NCBI RefSeq assembly: GCF_030684315.1
Contig: NW_026728203.1
Span: forward strand, 62,001 to 126,000
Length of the DNA stretch: 64,000 nt
DNA from: Stegostoma tigrinum
Lineage: Eukaryota
Reading direction: 5' to 3'
Made by a program: the position numbers and the translations under genes. The notes under the pieces were generated by a model. That model ran no database searches, was not told the origin of the DNA, and saw nothing but the letters and a program-made list of their open reading frames with translations. Below, one piece after another: positions 11,565 to 30,960 of this stretch (the first letter of the stretch is position 1; every line of letters starts with the position of its first letter).

Positions 11565-11860
11565 AGGAAGGATGTTCCTGATTATGGGGGAGTTCAGGAC
11601 CAGGGTTTGCAGTCTAAGGATACATTTAGAACTGAGGTGAGGAGAAATCTCTTCACCTCGGGGGGCGGGGTGGTGGATCCTGTGGAATTCTCTGCCACAG
11701 AAAAGGATTGAAGCCAAAACAGGAATTGGGGAGAGCTTTGAGGGCTGGATCAAAAGGGAATGCAGAGAGGGTGAGAATATGGTGCTGAGTTATGGAATCA
11801 GCCACAATCACATGGAATGGCAGAGCAGGCTGGAAGGGATGAATGGCCGACTCAACATTT
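11565..11860 (+). mobile_element. Old CR1 3' end upstream of the ferritin promoter; homologues near 23490-23780, 30305-30545, 42838-43140, 62915-63205
   Basis: RMF...FRTEVRRNLFT...LWNSLPQ remnants and gaatggcagagcaggctggaagggatgaatggcc 3'UTR motif. Confidence 0.7.
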
Positions 11861-11899
11861 ATTTTCTATGATTCCACGTTTGTGCAACTAGCGCAGCCA

Positions 11900-11970
11900 G
11901 GGTCTTGTGGTTAAGGGGTCATGTCCCTAGCTGTGGACCAGGAGGCCTTGGTACAAGTTCCTACCAGATC
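11900..11970 (+). mobile_element. Decayed tRNA-derived SINE head; homologues near 23823, 43187 and 63248
   Basis: Degenerate A-box (tgtggttaagggg) and B-box (ggtacaagttcc) at tRNA-like spacing. Confidence 0.35.
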
Positions 11971-14900
11971 CAGAGATCTTAAATCATCTCTACAGGCAGA
12001 TTTAGAAAACAACCAGAACAGGTACAGGCACAAAGGACCGAATGGCCTCCTGCTGTGCCATAACAATTCTCCGATTCTGTGGTGGGTCTGTACCTGAGCA
12101 GAATCTCCCTGCCTCCAGCTCCTGCCTGTGGATTGTCACCTCGCAGTGATGGAAAGCCTCGAGTGTTCTGTTGGTTCTCAGAGTGATAAGTGAAGAGGAT
12201 TTCACCTCCTGGCAGGGCCACCCAGGATGGTACGATCGAGGGGAGGGTCCTGATAAAGTGCAATGCAAAACCAGTCCCCAGCGGCCATCCAGGTGGAAGA
12301 TAGGTGTGTGCGATCGTTGGCTGTGACAGTGGGTGTTGGTCAGCAGTGGGGGGATCCCCAGTCAACATTTCTTTGCCAGTGGAACTGGGTCTACCTTGTG
12401 TAAAGGACCATGTCTCTGCTGGCGTGTAACAGCTTTCCCACATTAAAGGTGCCTTGTACAGGTGGAATTCAAACCCCGTCCCCAAACTCTCAGAATTTCC
12501 TGAGTGGAAATTCAGAGCGTTTTTCACAACAGGAGGCCGTTCAGCCCACCGTTCCTGTAATAGCTTCTGAAAGAGCTACCTGATTAGTCTCACTTTCCAG
12601 CCCTATCTCTGTCACTCTCTAAATTCGTCACTTCCAAGGACATATCCAACTCTTGTTCTGAAACCAACCATGGAATCGACCTCCGTCACTCTCCCAGGCA
12701 GCACATTCCAAATCCGAACAACTTTCTGAGCAAAGAGTTTTCTAACCATTTCACTCTGATCTCCCCTACTGACAAACTGTGACCCCTCGTCACTGACAAG
12801 TCAACTGCTGAAATCAGAATATCCTGCTTTACTCTGACAAAATTGATCATAGTTTTGATCACGTCAATAAGGTCACCTACAAGGAGATTTCCCCCATTTT
12901 CCTTAATCTTTCCGTGTATCTAAAATTCCCCATTCCTGGGGTCATCGTAATAAATCACCTTTGAACACTTTTGAGGTTTTTCACATCCTTCCTTGAATGT
13001 CACGCCCAGAACTGAGTACATAATGGAAATGTGGTCTAACCAATGATTTGTAGAGGTGTAACATCAATTCGTTGCTTTTATACTCGATGCCTCAATTTGA
13101 AAACACAAGGTTCACAAAAGTGGCTCAATCTCCATTAATAACAGCTTCATCCTGCCTGACCACTTTCAGATAATCACATACTTGAAACTGAAAGTCGCTG
13201 AGCTCCTGTACTCACATCAGATTTGTAACATCGAGCCTGTTTTGACTTTGTGTTTCTTCGACAAAAATGCATTACTCACTTTTTTTTGTTGAAATTGGAA
13301 AGTGATTGGCAACATCAAACCTTGTGCAGTAAATATCTGTGTGTGCAGATATTGTCCTTTCCACAAAGAAATTGTTTTTGATATTATCCTGGATGATGTA
13401 ATTCTAATGTGAAGATTGTCATCCCATTCTGCGCACAGTCCGAGATGATCATTGAGAAGAAATGGGTTCTTTCCTCTCTACCCTGTCAAATCCATTAATC
13501 CTCTGAAAATTATCAATTACAGCCATCCCTTAACTTCCGACACAGAGGGACTAGACAAGCCGTTATCATGAATTAACCATCACTCTGTCCAGGTTACTTC
13601 CAGAAATTCTGTGCATAACCATCTTTGGGTCGAACCTGCCAGAACTGTGCACTCCGGCTATGGTTGAACAGGAACTTGACCATTTCACCAAAACCTCTTC
13701 ATCCAGAGGTATTTGAACCCCTCAGAGATCAGGGCCAACATTAGTTTAGAGAATGTGGTGCCTTGCCTTCTTGCATTACTGTTGCCCATTTGGTGTAATC
13801 AAACCCATACTGCTGTTAGGGAGGGAACCTGGGAGCGATGTTTCCAACACCAGCTGATCGGTGGTTTGGTGTAGAACGTGGTGTTCCCACATATCATCTG
13901 CCCTTGTCCGATGGAAAGTAGTTACGGTTTTAAGAAGTTGGCTGAGGAGCTTTGGTGGATTCCTACAGCATTTGGTAGATGGTATATATTGCAGTCTCTG
14001 CGTATGTCAGTGGTGGAAGGATAGACGAAAGTGGCTGCTCGTTTGCTGGAGGCTGTCAACATTCTGGAGTGTTAGACTGACACCTGTAATCCTGATACTG
14101 TCTGACTTGACAGAATTTCATGCACATCATTCTCTTTCCAGAAGAGATGGTCCAAACAAGCCTCTTCTGGTTCACTAATGTCCTTGTTCGTAAGAAACTG
14201 CCATCCTTACCTGATCGGGCCTTTGCGTAACGCCACAGGCAGAGCAAAGGGGTTTAATTTGAATTACTCATGGGCTGGGTGGGTAATCAGAGATGGATAA
14301 TAAATGCTGCCTGTCAGTGATAGCCTGATCCTGTTAAAGCACTTACACAAACCAGTCACATTGTAATTCAGGGCTGATTGATAGTGATTAGGCCACCACA
14401 GTGCACTGTTTGGAGTCACAGGTCAGCCAGATCAGCTCTCCTGCTGAAGATTAATAAACGTAAAAATTGGAACTGCCGATTCTGCACCTGGTATTTGTAT
14501 TTTAGCTTGATTTTCCACCAGGCATCCTCAGTATTTGTCACCTCTTCGTTGCAGGGTAATAATAGAAATTATCACACAGGGAACGAGGTGGGCACCGCTT
14601 CATTCGCATGGCCGTTCCTAGACGTTAGCATTCTAAGAGAAGGTAGATTTGTCCTTCTCCTACATGTATAAAGGAAATACTGAAGAAACTAATTCCCTAG
14701 CTCTGGGAACAATGACATGAGCAATTGCTTATGTCAAAGAAAAAAAGAGACTGTGGAAAAGCATTGTATCTTAGTCTTGTAAGGAGGAATTTTACAAACT
14801 ACTAAAATCACTAACATCGAGGCATTACAACAAATTGCTGGAAAACACCTCACTGTCAGGCAACAAAGTCAATCAAGAGATGATTGAGTGTCTCATGTCC

Positions 14901-15439
14901 AGGTTCTGTTCAACCCTTCTCCCTACCAATGCTGCCCAACCTGAGATTTCCCAGCAGGTTGTGTTCCTGGTTTCCAGAATCTCCTTATTTAAAAGAGATG
15001 CAAACACATGGCCAAGGGCAGTGCATTAGATCAGTGCCTACCCTTTAGGCAAAGGAATGATTTCAGTCAGTGTATTGATTAGAAGCTGGTCCTGCAAACT
15101 TGTCCCTGTGAGTACATGTCAGTAATGCTGATTTATCTGTCAACAACCTTACCAGTTATGGAATTTCCAATAAAAGGATTGCCCACTCAATCCCCAGACA
15201 CAGCAGAATCAAACACTGATCAAGTTACTGGGGCAGGCATTGAATCAAAAGCTTGTCACAAAGAACAAAGGATTGATGATCAGACATTAAAACACAAAAA
15301 GCTCCAAGAACCAGAAGCTATGAAAATTACACACTGTGCTCAGTTCCATGGTGAACACTATTTTAATTTGCTCAGAGCACAACTAGTCATTTAGTAGAAT
15401 GAGGTCACCTTGTACAACAGATATAGATATTGACCCCAT

Positions 15440-16649
<1,210 letters not shown>

Positions 16650-16750
16650 CCGTGGGGAAGAGAAAGGCAGGAAAGGGAAACATATCTGATGTTAATCAAT
16701 GGCACTCCTCAATCAGAAACTAACCTGGTCACTATCTTGATTCCACATTT

Positions 16751-17279
16751 AAGAACAAAGAAAATCACAGCACAGGAACAGGCCCTTCGGCCCTCCAAGC
16801 CTGCACCGATCGAGATCCTGTGTAAGTCTGTCATCTCTTTTCTAGGGTCAGTATCCCTTTGCTCCCTGCCCATCCATGTACCTGTCCTGATACATCTTAA
16901 AAAGACACTTGCGTGACTTCGTCTACCACCTCCACAGGCAAAGTGTGCCAGGCACCCTCCAACCTCTGCGTAAAGAGCTTGCCACACATCCACATGATAA
17001 ATTGCCCGTAGCGTTCAGAAGTGTGGGGGGTTTTGGTGGGATGCTTCAAGGGCCAGTGTGGACATTTTTGGCTTAAAGGGCCTGTTTCCACACTGTAGGC
17101 AATCTAACCAAATCCCCTCTAAACTTTGCTCTTATTTTGAACTCATGACTCCGAGTCATTGAATCCCCGACTCTGGGAAAAAGCTTCTTGCTATTCACCT
17201 TGTCTATAGTTCTCATGATTTTGTTGACCTCAGTCAGGTTCCCCCCAGACCCCATCACCCTTCTAATGAAAATAATCTT
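16751..17279 (-). mobile_element. CR1 3' end in ferritin intron 1, interrupted by an HE1-like SINE 3' part (16993-17105, + strand); homologues 35818-36345 and 55497-56185
   Basis: agaacaaagaaaatcacagcacaggaacaggcccttcggccc tail; nested taaattgcccgtag...gggcctgtttccacactgtagg. Confidence 0.65.
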
Positions 17280-17301
17280 AAATGCATTCATCTTTTATGT
17301 T

Positions 17302-18477
17302 ATAGAACAGAGAACATGACAGCACAGTACAGGCCCTTCGGCCCTTGACGTTGTGCCGACCTGTCATACCGATCTGAAGCTCATCTAACCTACACTATTC
17401 CATGTACGTCCATATGCTTGTCCAATGACAACTTAAACGTACTTAACGTTGGTGAATCTCCTACCGTTGCAGGCAAAACGTTCCACACCCTTGCTATTCT
17501 CTGAGTAAAGAAACTACCTCTGACATCTGTCGTATATCTTTCACCCCTCAATTTAAAGCTATGCCCCTCGTGCTCGCTGTCTCCGTCTTGGGAAAAAGGC
17601 TCTCCCTATCCAACCTGTCTAACCGTTTGATTATCTTAGATGTCTCAATTAAGTCACCTCTCAACCTTCTTTTCTCTAACGAAAACAGCCTCAAGTCCCT
17701 CAGCCTTTGCTCGTAAGACTTTCCCTCCATACCAGGCAACATCCCAGTAAACCTCCTCTGCACCCTTTCCAAAACTTCCACATCCTTCTTATAATGCGGT
17801 GACCAGAACTGTACGCAATGCTACAAGTGCGGCCGCACAAGAGTTTTGTACAGCTGCAGCATAACCTCTTGGTTCCGGAACACGATCCCTGTATTCATAA
17901 AAGCTAAAACACTGTATGCCTTCTTAACAACCCTGTCAACCTGGGTGGCAACTTTCAAGGATCTGTGTACATGGTCACCGAGATCTCGCTGCTCATCTAC
18001 ACTACCAAGAATCTTACAGTACTTTGCCTTCCGGTTCCTCCTACCAAAGTGCATCACCTCACACTTGTCGGCATTAACCTCCATTTGCCACCTCTCAGCC
18101 CAGCTCTGCAACTTATCCACGTCTCTCTGTAACCTACAACATTCTTCGTCACTACCCACATCTCCACCGACCTTAGTGTCATCTGCAAATTTACTAACCC
18201 ATCCTTCTACGTTTATAAAAATGACAAACAGCAGTGGACCCAACACGGACCCTTGCGGTACACCGCGAGTAACCGGTCTCCAGGATGAACATTTCCCATC
18301 AACCACCACCCTGTCTTCTTTCAGCAAGCCAATTTTTGATCCAAACTGCTATATCTCCCACAATCCCATTCCTCCGCATTTTGTACAATAGCCTACTGTG
18401 GGGAGCCTAATCGAACGCCTTGCCGAAATGCATATACACCACATCAACCGGTTTACTCTCATCTACCTGTTTGGTCA
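17302..18477 (-). mobile_element. 5'-truncated CR1 LINE subfamily A (duplicate of the same insertion)
   Basis: RT ORF pieces 17821-18327 and 17548-17781; same TATGTT TSD and flanks. Confidence 0.93.
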
Positions 18478-20559
18478 TATGTTCCAATGGGAAAGTGATT
18501 GGCAACATCAACATCTTACCGAATAAATATCTAACTGCTCATTCACATATTATCCTTTCCAAAAAGCAGCTGTTTTTTGCTTTATCATGGATGATTTACT
18601 TCTACTGCTAGGAATGTAATCATATTCCCCCCTCTCAGTCCTGGATGTGAATTGAAAAGAAGCAGGATCTCTCTATCTACCCTGTCAAATCCATGAATCC
18701 ACTTGTAAATTTCAAGCACAGACATCCCGTCCACTTCTACATCGAGGGACTTGGGAAAACGATTATCATCGTAGCCAATTAACTTTCTGCCCAGGTTCAT
18801 TCCAGAAATTCTGTGCATAAGCATCTTTGGATTGAACCTACTAGAACCATGCACTCGAGATGGAGTTGAGCTAGAACTTGACAATTTCACAAAAGGCGGC
18901 CCAGCCAGAGGTATTTGACCCGCTCGGAGATCACACCCACCATGAGAGAATGGGGTGGCTTTCCTTCTTTAATTGCTGTAGTCAGATCCACAATGTTCCT
19001 AGTGAGGGAATTCCAGGATTCTGATCCACCAACACTGGAGAATGGGGTGTTGTGTTTCCAACTCAGGATGGCAGGTAGCTTGATGGAGAACTTAGAGGGG
19101 GTGGTTTTCCCCTGTATCAGATGCCTTTCTCCCATGGCAAGTAATTAGGGCTTTGGAAAGTATTCTCAGGAGCTTTGGTGGATTTCTCCAGCTTTTGGGA
19201 GGCAGTACACAGTGTACTCCGTGTGTGTCAGTGGTGCAAAGAATGCATCTAGTGGCTGCTGGAGGCCATCAAGTTTCTGGAGTGGTGGAATGATCTCCTA
19301 ATTCTGTGCGACAACTCTCTGGAGTTCTAGAATTAAGAAGCTGATGAGGAGCATTATATTCAGTGTCAAAAACCCATCCTTACCTGGCCTGCGTATGACG
19401 CTGCAACCACAGCCACGTGTGTGACTTTGACCTGGCCTTGGGGACAATGAGCAATGGATAAATAAATGGTGTCAGCTCAGAGACATCCTCATCCTTTAAA
19501 TAAAAGGAAACTGTCACCCCTGAGCACCAGTAATTAGGCAGCCATAGCACATTGCAGGTGGAGGTACATGCCGGTCAGCGTAGATCAGGAGAGCTTATTT
19601 CCTTGCTAAGCACACAAACTGCTGCTTTCTGCTAGTGGCATTTGCATTCTAGCTTTATTTTTACTAGGTGTCCTGAGCCTTTGGCATCTCTACATTGCAG
19701 AGCAATGATAGAAGTTCTACCACAGGGGCTCCAAGGTGGGCACTGCTGCATTACATAATGAGGATCATTGTCTAAAAGCAGAAAGACTGATACACGAGAA
19801 AACAAATTTTGCCATTCTCCTACAATCAGGCAGTGCCCTTACTCCTTCCCCCACTGCAGCAAAAGAGAGTAAACTATTTCCCAGCTCTGGAAACAATTGC
19901 TTATCTAAAGTGCTAAAGATCAGTGCATCTTAGATGCTGGATGTTCCACTATATATTCCTGTTCAAAAGAGTGAAAGTATGCTCAAATTGCTAGATTTGA
20001 AGTGCGACAAAAAAATTGCTGGAAAGCCTCACAGGTCTGGCAACATCTGTCACGAGATGTGACTGTATCTTGGGTCCTGGGACTGAGAACAGTTCTCTCC
20101 ACAGATGCTCCCCAAACCTGCTATTTCCTGCCCCTGCTTATTTACAAAAGAGACTTGAACATTGCCAAGGGCAGTGTCTAACATTGAGACAGGGGGCTGG
20201 TTTCACTGAAGATATTGACTAGAAGCTGGTTTGGAATAAAAAAGTCAATACAACACTGCTTACTAGCCAAAAACCCAAATTGAACACTTGTGGAATTTCC
20301 ACTGCGAGGATTGCCCACCTAATTCCTACAAACGAGAGAAAAGGAGCAGACGACTGGGGCAGGCATTGAATCAAAGGTTAATCAGAACAGAAAAGGAATT
20401 AATGATCAGGTGTCAAACAGCAATACCAAGAGCCAGAAGCAGCTGTGAAATTATACAAAGTACTCAGTTCCATGGTGAACACTATTTTAATTTGCTCAGA
20501 GCACAACCAAGTTACTAGCATTATGTCACCATGTACAACAGACACATTATTGACCTCAC

Positions 20560-22955
<2,396 letters not shown>

Positions 22956-22991
22956 CTTCACTATTCCTGCTCACAAGCAGCAAGAAAACTC

Positions 22992-23137
22992 TAGAACTAA
23001 GTCTCTCTCTCCCACAGGCTCTTGTATTTATAGTCCTGGGACCATCCTGCAGTCACACAGAGAGAGGCAGAACTGATGATGACTGACAGTTGCTGCTAGC
23101 CAATCAGGAACCACCCCTGCATACAGGCACCAATGAG
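22992..23137 (-). promoter_or_regulatory. Core promoter of copy 4 (TATAAATA 23025-23032, CCAAT motifs)
   Basis: Same block as copy 2. Confidence 0.7.
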
Positions 23138-26100
23138 AGAGAGGGGGAGGGTGTGTTAAGCAGAGCTGATCAGAGGTGGAGATGAGAGCCAGGTCTGGAT
23201 GGTTATTCTGTGATTGGAACAGCAGGAGGCCATTCGGCATCTCAAACCTTCTGCAGCACTCAATCAGGTCATAGATCATTTGGTTCTTTTCTAAAAGAAG
23301 TCAATTTGGTTTCAAAAAAGTTACACATTTTTTAAAAATTAAGGTGGTTGTGAGCAACTGCACGAGGGATTCAATGAGGAAGAGGGGCATCAGTTTCTCA
23401 GCTTGTTGTGCTGGGATTTGGGAAAGAAGGGTGGGAAATTGTCTCTGGGTCATAGAAAAATTATAACAGTGTCTGCTGTGGAAAAGACAGGAAGGATGTT
23501 CCTGATTATGGGGGAGGCCAGGACCAGGGTTTGCAATCTAAGGATACGTTTAGGACTGAGGTGAGGAGAAATCTCTTCACCTCGGGGGGCGAAGTGGTGG
23601 AACCTGTGGAATTCTCTGCCACAGAAAACGATTGAAGCCAAAACAGGAACTGGGGAGAGCTTTGAGGGCTGGATCAAAGGGGATTGCAGAGAGGGTGAGA
23701 ATATGGTGCCGAGTTATGGAATCAGCCACAATCACATGGAATGGCAGAGCCGGCTGGAAGGGATGAATGGCCGACTCAACATTTCTTTTCTATGATCCTA
23801 TGTTTCTGCAACCAGCGCAGCTAGGGTCTTGTGGTTTAGGGGTAATGTCCCTAGCTGTGGACCAGGAGGCCTTGGTACAAGTTCCTACCAGATCCAGAGC
23901 TCTTAAATCATCTCTACAGGCAGATTTAGAAAACAACCAGAACAGGTACAGGCACAAAGAACCGAATGGCCTCCTGCTGTGCCATAACAATTCTCCGATT
24001 CTGTGGCGGGTCTGTACCTGAGCAGAATCTCCCTGCCTCCAGCTCCTGCCTGTGGATTGTCACCTCGCAGTGATGGAAAGCCTCGAGTATTCTGTTGGTT
24101 CTGAGAGGGATACCTGAAGAGGATTTCACCTCCTGGCAGGGCCACCCTGGACGGTACGATCGAGGGGAGGCTCCTGATAAGGTGCAATGCAAAACCAGTC
24201 CCCAGCGGCCATCCAGGTGGAAGATAGGTGTGTGCGATCGTTGGCTGTGACAGTGGGTGTTGGCCAGCAGTGGGGGGATCCCCAGTCAACATTTCTTTGC
24301 CAGTGGAACTGGGTCTACCTTGTGTAAAGGACCATGTCTCTGCTGATGTGTAACAGCTTTCCCACATTAAAGGTGCCTTGTACAGGTGGAATTCAAACCC
24401 CGTCCCCAAACTCTCAGAATTTCCTGGGTGGAAATTCAGAGCGTTCTTCACAACAGGAGGCCGTTCAGCCCACCGTTCCTGTATTAGCTTCTGAAAGAGC
24501 TACCTGATTAGTCCCACTTTCCAGCCCTATCTCTGTCCCTCTCTAAATTCGTCACTTCCAAGGACATATCCAACTCTTGTTTTGAAACCACCCATGGAAT
24601 CGACCTCCGTCACTCTTCCAGGCAGCACATTCCAAATCCGAACAACTTTCTGAGCAAAGAGGTTTCTTCCCATTTCACTCTGATCTCCCCTACTGACAAA
24701 CTGTGACCCCTCGTCACTGACAAGTCAACTGCTGAAATCAGAATATCCTTTTTACTCTATCAAAATTGTTCATAGTTTTGATCATGTCAACAAGGTCACC
24801 TGTAAGGAGATTTAGCCCATTTTCCTTCATCTTTCTGTGTATCTAAAATTCCTCATTCCTGGGGTCATTCTAATAAATCTCCTTTGAACTCTTTTGAGGT
24901 TTTTCATGTCGTGCCTTGAATGCCATGCCCAGAACTGAGTACATAATGGAAATGTGGTCTAACCAATGATTTGTACAGGTGCAATATCAATTCATTGCTT
25001 TTATTCTCGATGCCTCAATTTGAAAACACAAGGTTCACATAGGTGGCTCAATCTCCATTAATAACAGCTTCATCCTGCCTGACCACTTTCAGATAATCGC
25101 ATACTTGAAACCGAAAGCCTCTGAGCTCCTGTACTCACATCAGATTTGTAACATCGAGCCTGTTTTGTCTTTCTGTGTTTCTTGGACAAAAATGCATTAC
25201 TCACTTTTTTTTTTATGTCTTGAAATTGGAAAGTGATTGGCAACATCAAGCCTTGTGCAGTAAATATCTGTGCGTGCAAATGTTGTCCTTTCCACAAAGT
25301 AACTGTTTTTGACATGATCCTGGATGATGTAGTTCTCATGTGAAGATTGTCATCCCATTCTACGCACAGTCCGAGATGATCATTGAGAAGAAATGGGTTC
25401 TTTCCTCTCTACCCTGTCAAATCCGTTAGTCCTCTGAACAATATCAGTTACAGCCATCCCTTAACCTTCTACACAGAGGGACTGGACAAGCCATTATGAT
25501 GAATTAACCATCTCTCTGTCCAGGTTACTTCCAGAAATTCTGTGCATGACCATTGTCGGGGTCGTACCTGCCAGAACTGTGCACTCCGGCTGTGGTTGAA
25601 CAGGAACTTGACAATTTCACCAATACCTCTCCATCCAGAGGTATTTGAACCCCTCAGAGATCAGGGCTAACATTAGTTTCGAGAACGTGGTGACTTTCCT
25701 TCTTGCGTTACTGTTGCCCATTTGGTGTAGGCAAAGCCATACTGCTGTTAGGGAGGGAATGTGGGGCTATGTTTCCAACGCCAGATGAGCAGTGGCTTAG
25801 TGTAGAACGTGGAGAGGCATGGTGTTCCCACATTTCTGCGGCCCTTGTCCGATGGAAAGTAGTTATGGTTTTAAGAAGTTGTCTGAGGAGCTTTGGTGGA
25901 TTCCTACAGCATTTGGTAGATGGTATATATTGCAGTCTCTGCGTATGTCAGTGGTGGAAGGATTGACTAAAGTGGCTGCTCGTTTGCTGGAGGCTGTCAA
26001 CATTCTGTAGTGTTAGACTGCTACCTGTTTTCCTGATTCTGTCTGACATCACTGAATTTCCTGCACATCATTCTCATTCCAGAAGTGATGGTGCAAACAA

Positions 26101-27377
26101 GCCTCTTCTAGTTCACTAATGTCCTTGTTTGTAAGAAACTGCCATCCTTACCTGCTCTGGCTTATGTGTAACCCCACGGCCACAGCAAAGGGGTTTAATT
26201 TGAATTACTCATGGGCTGGGTGGGTAATCAGAGATGGATAATAAATGCTGCCCGTCAGTGATAGCCTGATCCTGTTAAAGCACTTACACAAACCAGTCAC
26301 ATTGTAATTCAGGGCTGATTGATAGTGATTAGGCCCCCAGCGTGCACTGTGTGGAGTCACAGATCAGCCAGTCGACAGCAGGCGATCTGATCTGCTTGAA
26401 AATTGAAACTGCTGATTTCTGCATATGCTCGTTGCATTTTAGCTTGCTTTTGCACCAAGCATCCTCAGTATTTGTCACCTCTTCGTTGCAGGGTAATAAT
26501 AGAAATTATCACACAGGCAACAAGGGGGGCACTGCTTCATTCCCAACGCAGTTCCTCATCATCTTTAGCATTGTAAGACAAGGTAGATGTTTCCTTTCTC
26601 TTACATGTAAGAAGGAGATACTGAAGAAACTAATTCCCTAGCTCAGGGAAGAGTGCAATAAGCAATTGCTTATGTCAAAGAAAAAAACTGCGGAAAAGCA
26701 TTCTATCTTACTCTTTGGGAGGAGGAATTTTACGATTTACGAAAATGAGTAACACCAAGGCATTAGAACAAATTGCTGGAAAACACCTCACTGTCAGGGA
26801 ACAAAATCAAACAAGAGATGATCACGTGTCTCATGGCCAGGTTCTGTTCAACCCTTCTCCCTCCCAATGCTGCCAAACCTGAGATTTCCCAGCAGGTTTT
26901 GATCCTGGTTTCCAGAATCTGCTTATTTAAAAAGAGACCCAAACACATGACCAAGGGCAGTGCATTAGATCAGTGCCTACCCTTTAGGCAAAGGACTGAT
27001 TTCAGTCAGTGCATTGATTGGAAGCTGGTCCTGCAAACTTGTCCCTGCGAGTAGATGTCAGTAATGCTGACTTATCTGTCAACAACCTTACCAGTTATGG
27101 AATTTCCAATAAAAGGATTGCCCACTCAATCCCCAGACACAGCAGAATCAAACACTGAGCAAGTTACTGGGGCAGGCATTGAATCAAAGGATGTCACAAA
27201 GAACAAAGGATTGATGATCAGACATGACAGCACAAAAAGCTCCAAGAACCAGAAGCTATGGAAATTACACACTGTACTCAATTCCATGGTGAATACTATT
27301 TTAATTTGCTCAGAGCACAACTAGTCATTTAGTAGAATGAGGTCACCATGTACAACAGATATAGATATTGACCCCAT

Positions 27378-29768
<2,391 letters not shown>

Positions 29769-30960
29769 CTTCACTATTCCTGCTCACAATCACAAGGACA
29801 ACTCTGGAACAAAGGCCTCAATCCCCAAAGCTGTTGTGTTTCTACTCCTGAGACAACCGGCACTCACCCAGAGGGAGACCGAACTGATGATGACTGACAG
29901 TTGCTGCTAGCCAATCAGGAACCACCCATGCATAGAGGCACCAATGAGAGAGAGGGGGAGGGTGTGTTAAGCAGAGCTGATCAGAGGTGGAGATGAGAGC
30001 CAGGTCTGGATGGTTATTCTGTGATTGGAACAGCAGGAGGCCATTCGGCATCTCAAACCTTCTGCACCACTCACTCAGGTCATGGGTCATTTGGTTCTTT
30101 TTTAAAAGAAGTAAATATGGTTTGAGAAAAGATTGCTCGTTTTGTTTTTAAATTATGGTGGTTGTGATCAACTGCACAAGGGACTCATTGAGGAAGGGGA
30201 GTGTCAGTTTCTCAGCCTGTTGTGCTGGGATTTGGGAAAGAAAGGTGGGAAATTGGCTCGGGGTCATCGAAAATTGTCATAGTGTCAGCTGTGGAAAAGA
30301 CAGGAAGGATGTTCCTGATGATGGAAAAGTTTAGGATCAGGGGTCACAGCCTAAGGACACATTTAGGACTGAGATGAGGAGAAATCTCTTCACCGAGAGA
30401 GTGGGGGTCCTGTGGAATTCTGTGCCACAGAAAACATTTGAGGCCAAAACTTTGAATGTTTTCCAGGAGCAGTTGGGTGTAGCTTTGAGGGCTGCTGGGA
30501 TCAAAGAGTATGGAGAGAGAGAGGGAAGATGGGAATGAGTTAGGGGATCAACTTTCTGAGCAAAGAGGTTTCTTCCCATTTCACTCTGATCTCCCCTATT
30601 GACAAACTGTGAACTCTCGTCACTGACAAGTCAACTGCTGAAATCAGAATATCCTGTTTACTCTATCAAAATTGTTCATAGTTTTGATCACGTCAACAGG
30701 GTCACCTCTCAATAAGGTCACCTGCAAGGAAATTCACCCCATTTTCCTTAATCTTTCCGTGTATCTAAAATTCCTCATTCCTGGGGTCATTCTGATAAAT
30801 CTCCTTTGAACTCTTTTGGAGGTTCTTCTTGTCCTTCCTTGAATGCCACGCCCAGAACTGAGTACATAATTGAAATGTGGTCTAACCAATGATTTGTAGA
30901 GGTGTAACATCAATTCGTTGCTTTTATACTCGATGCCTCAATTTGAAAACACAAGGTTCA

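Noticed and set aside
11979-12527. Recurrent 182-aa ORF (also 23903-24451, 43161-43730, 63328-63876)
   Set aside because: No recognisable domain, non-ATG start, overlaps SINE/LINE remnants; recurrence is explained by recent duplication.
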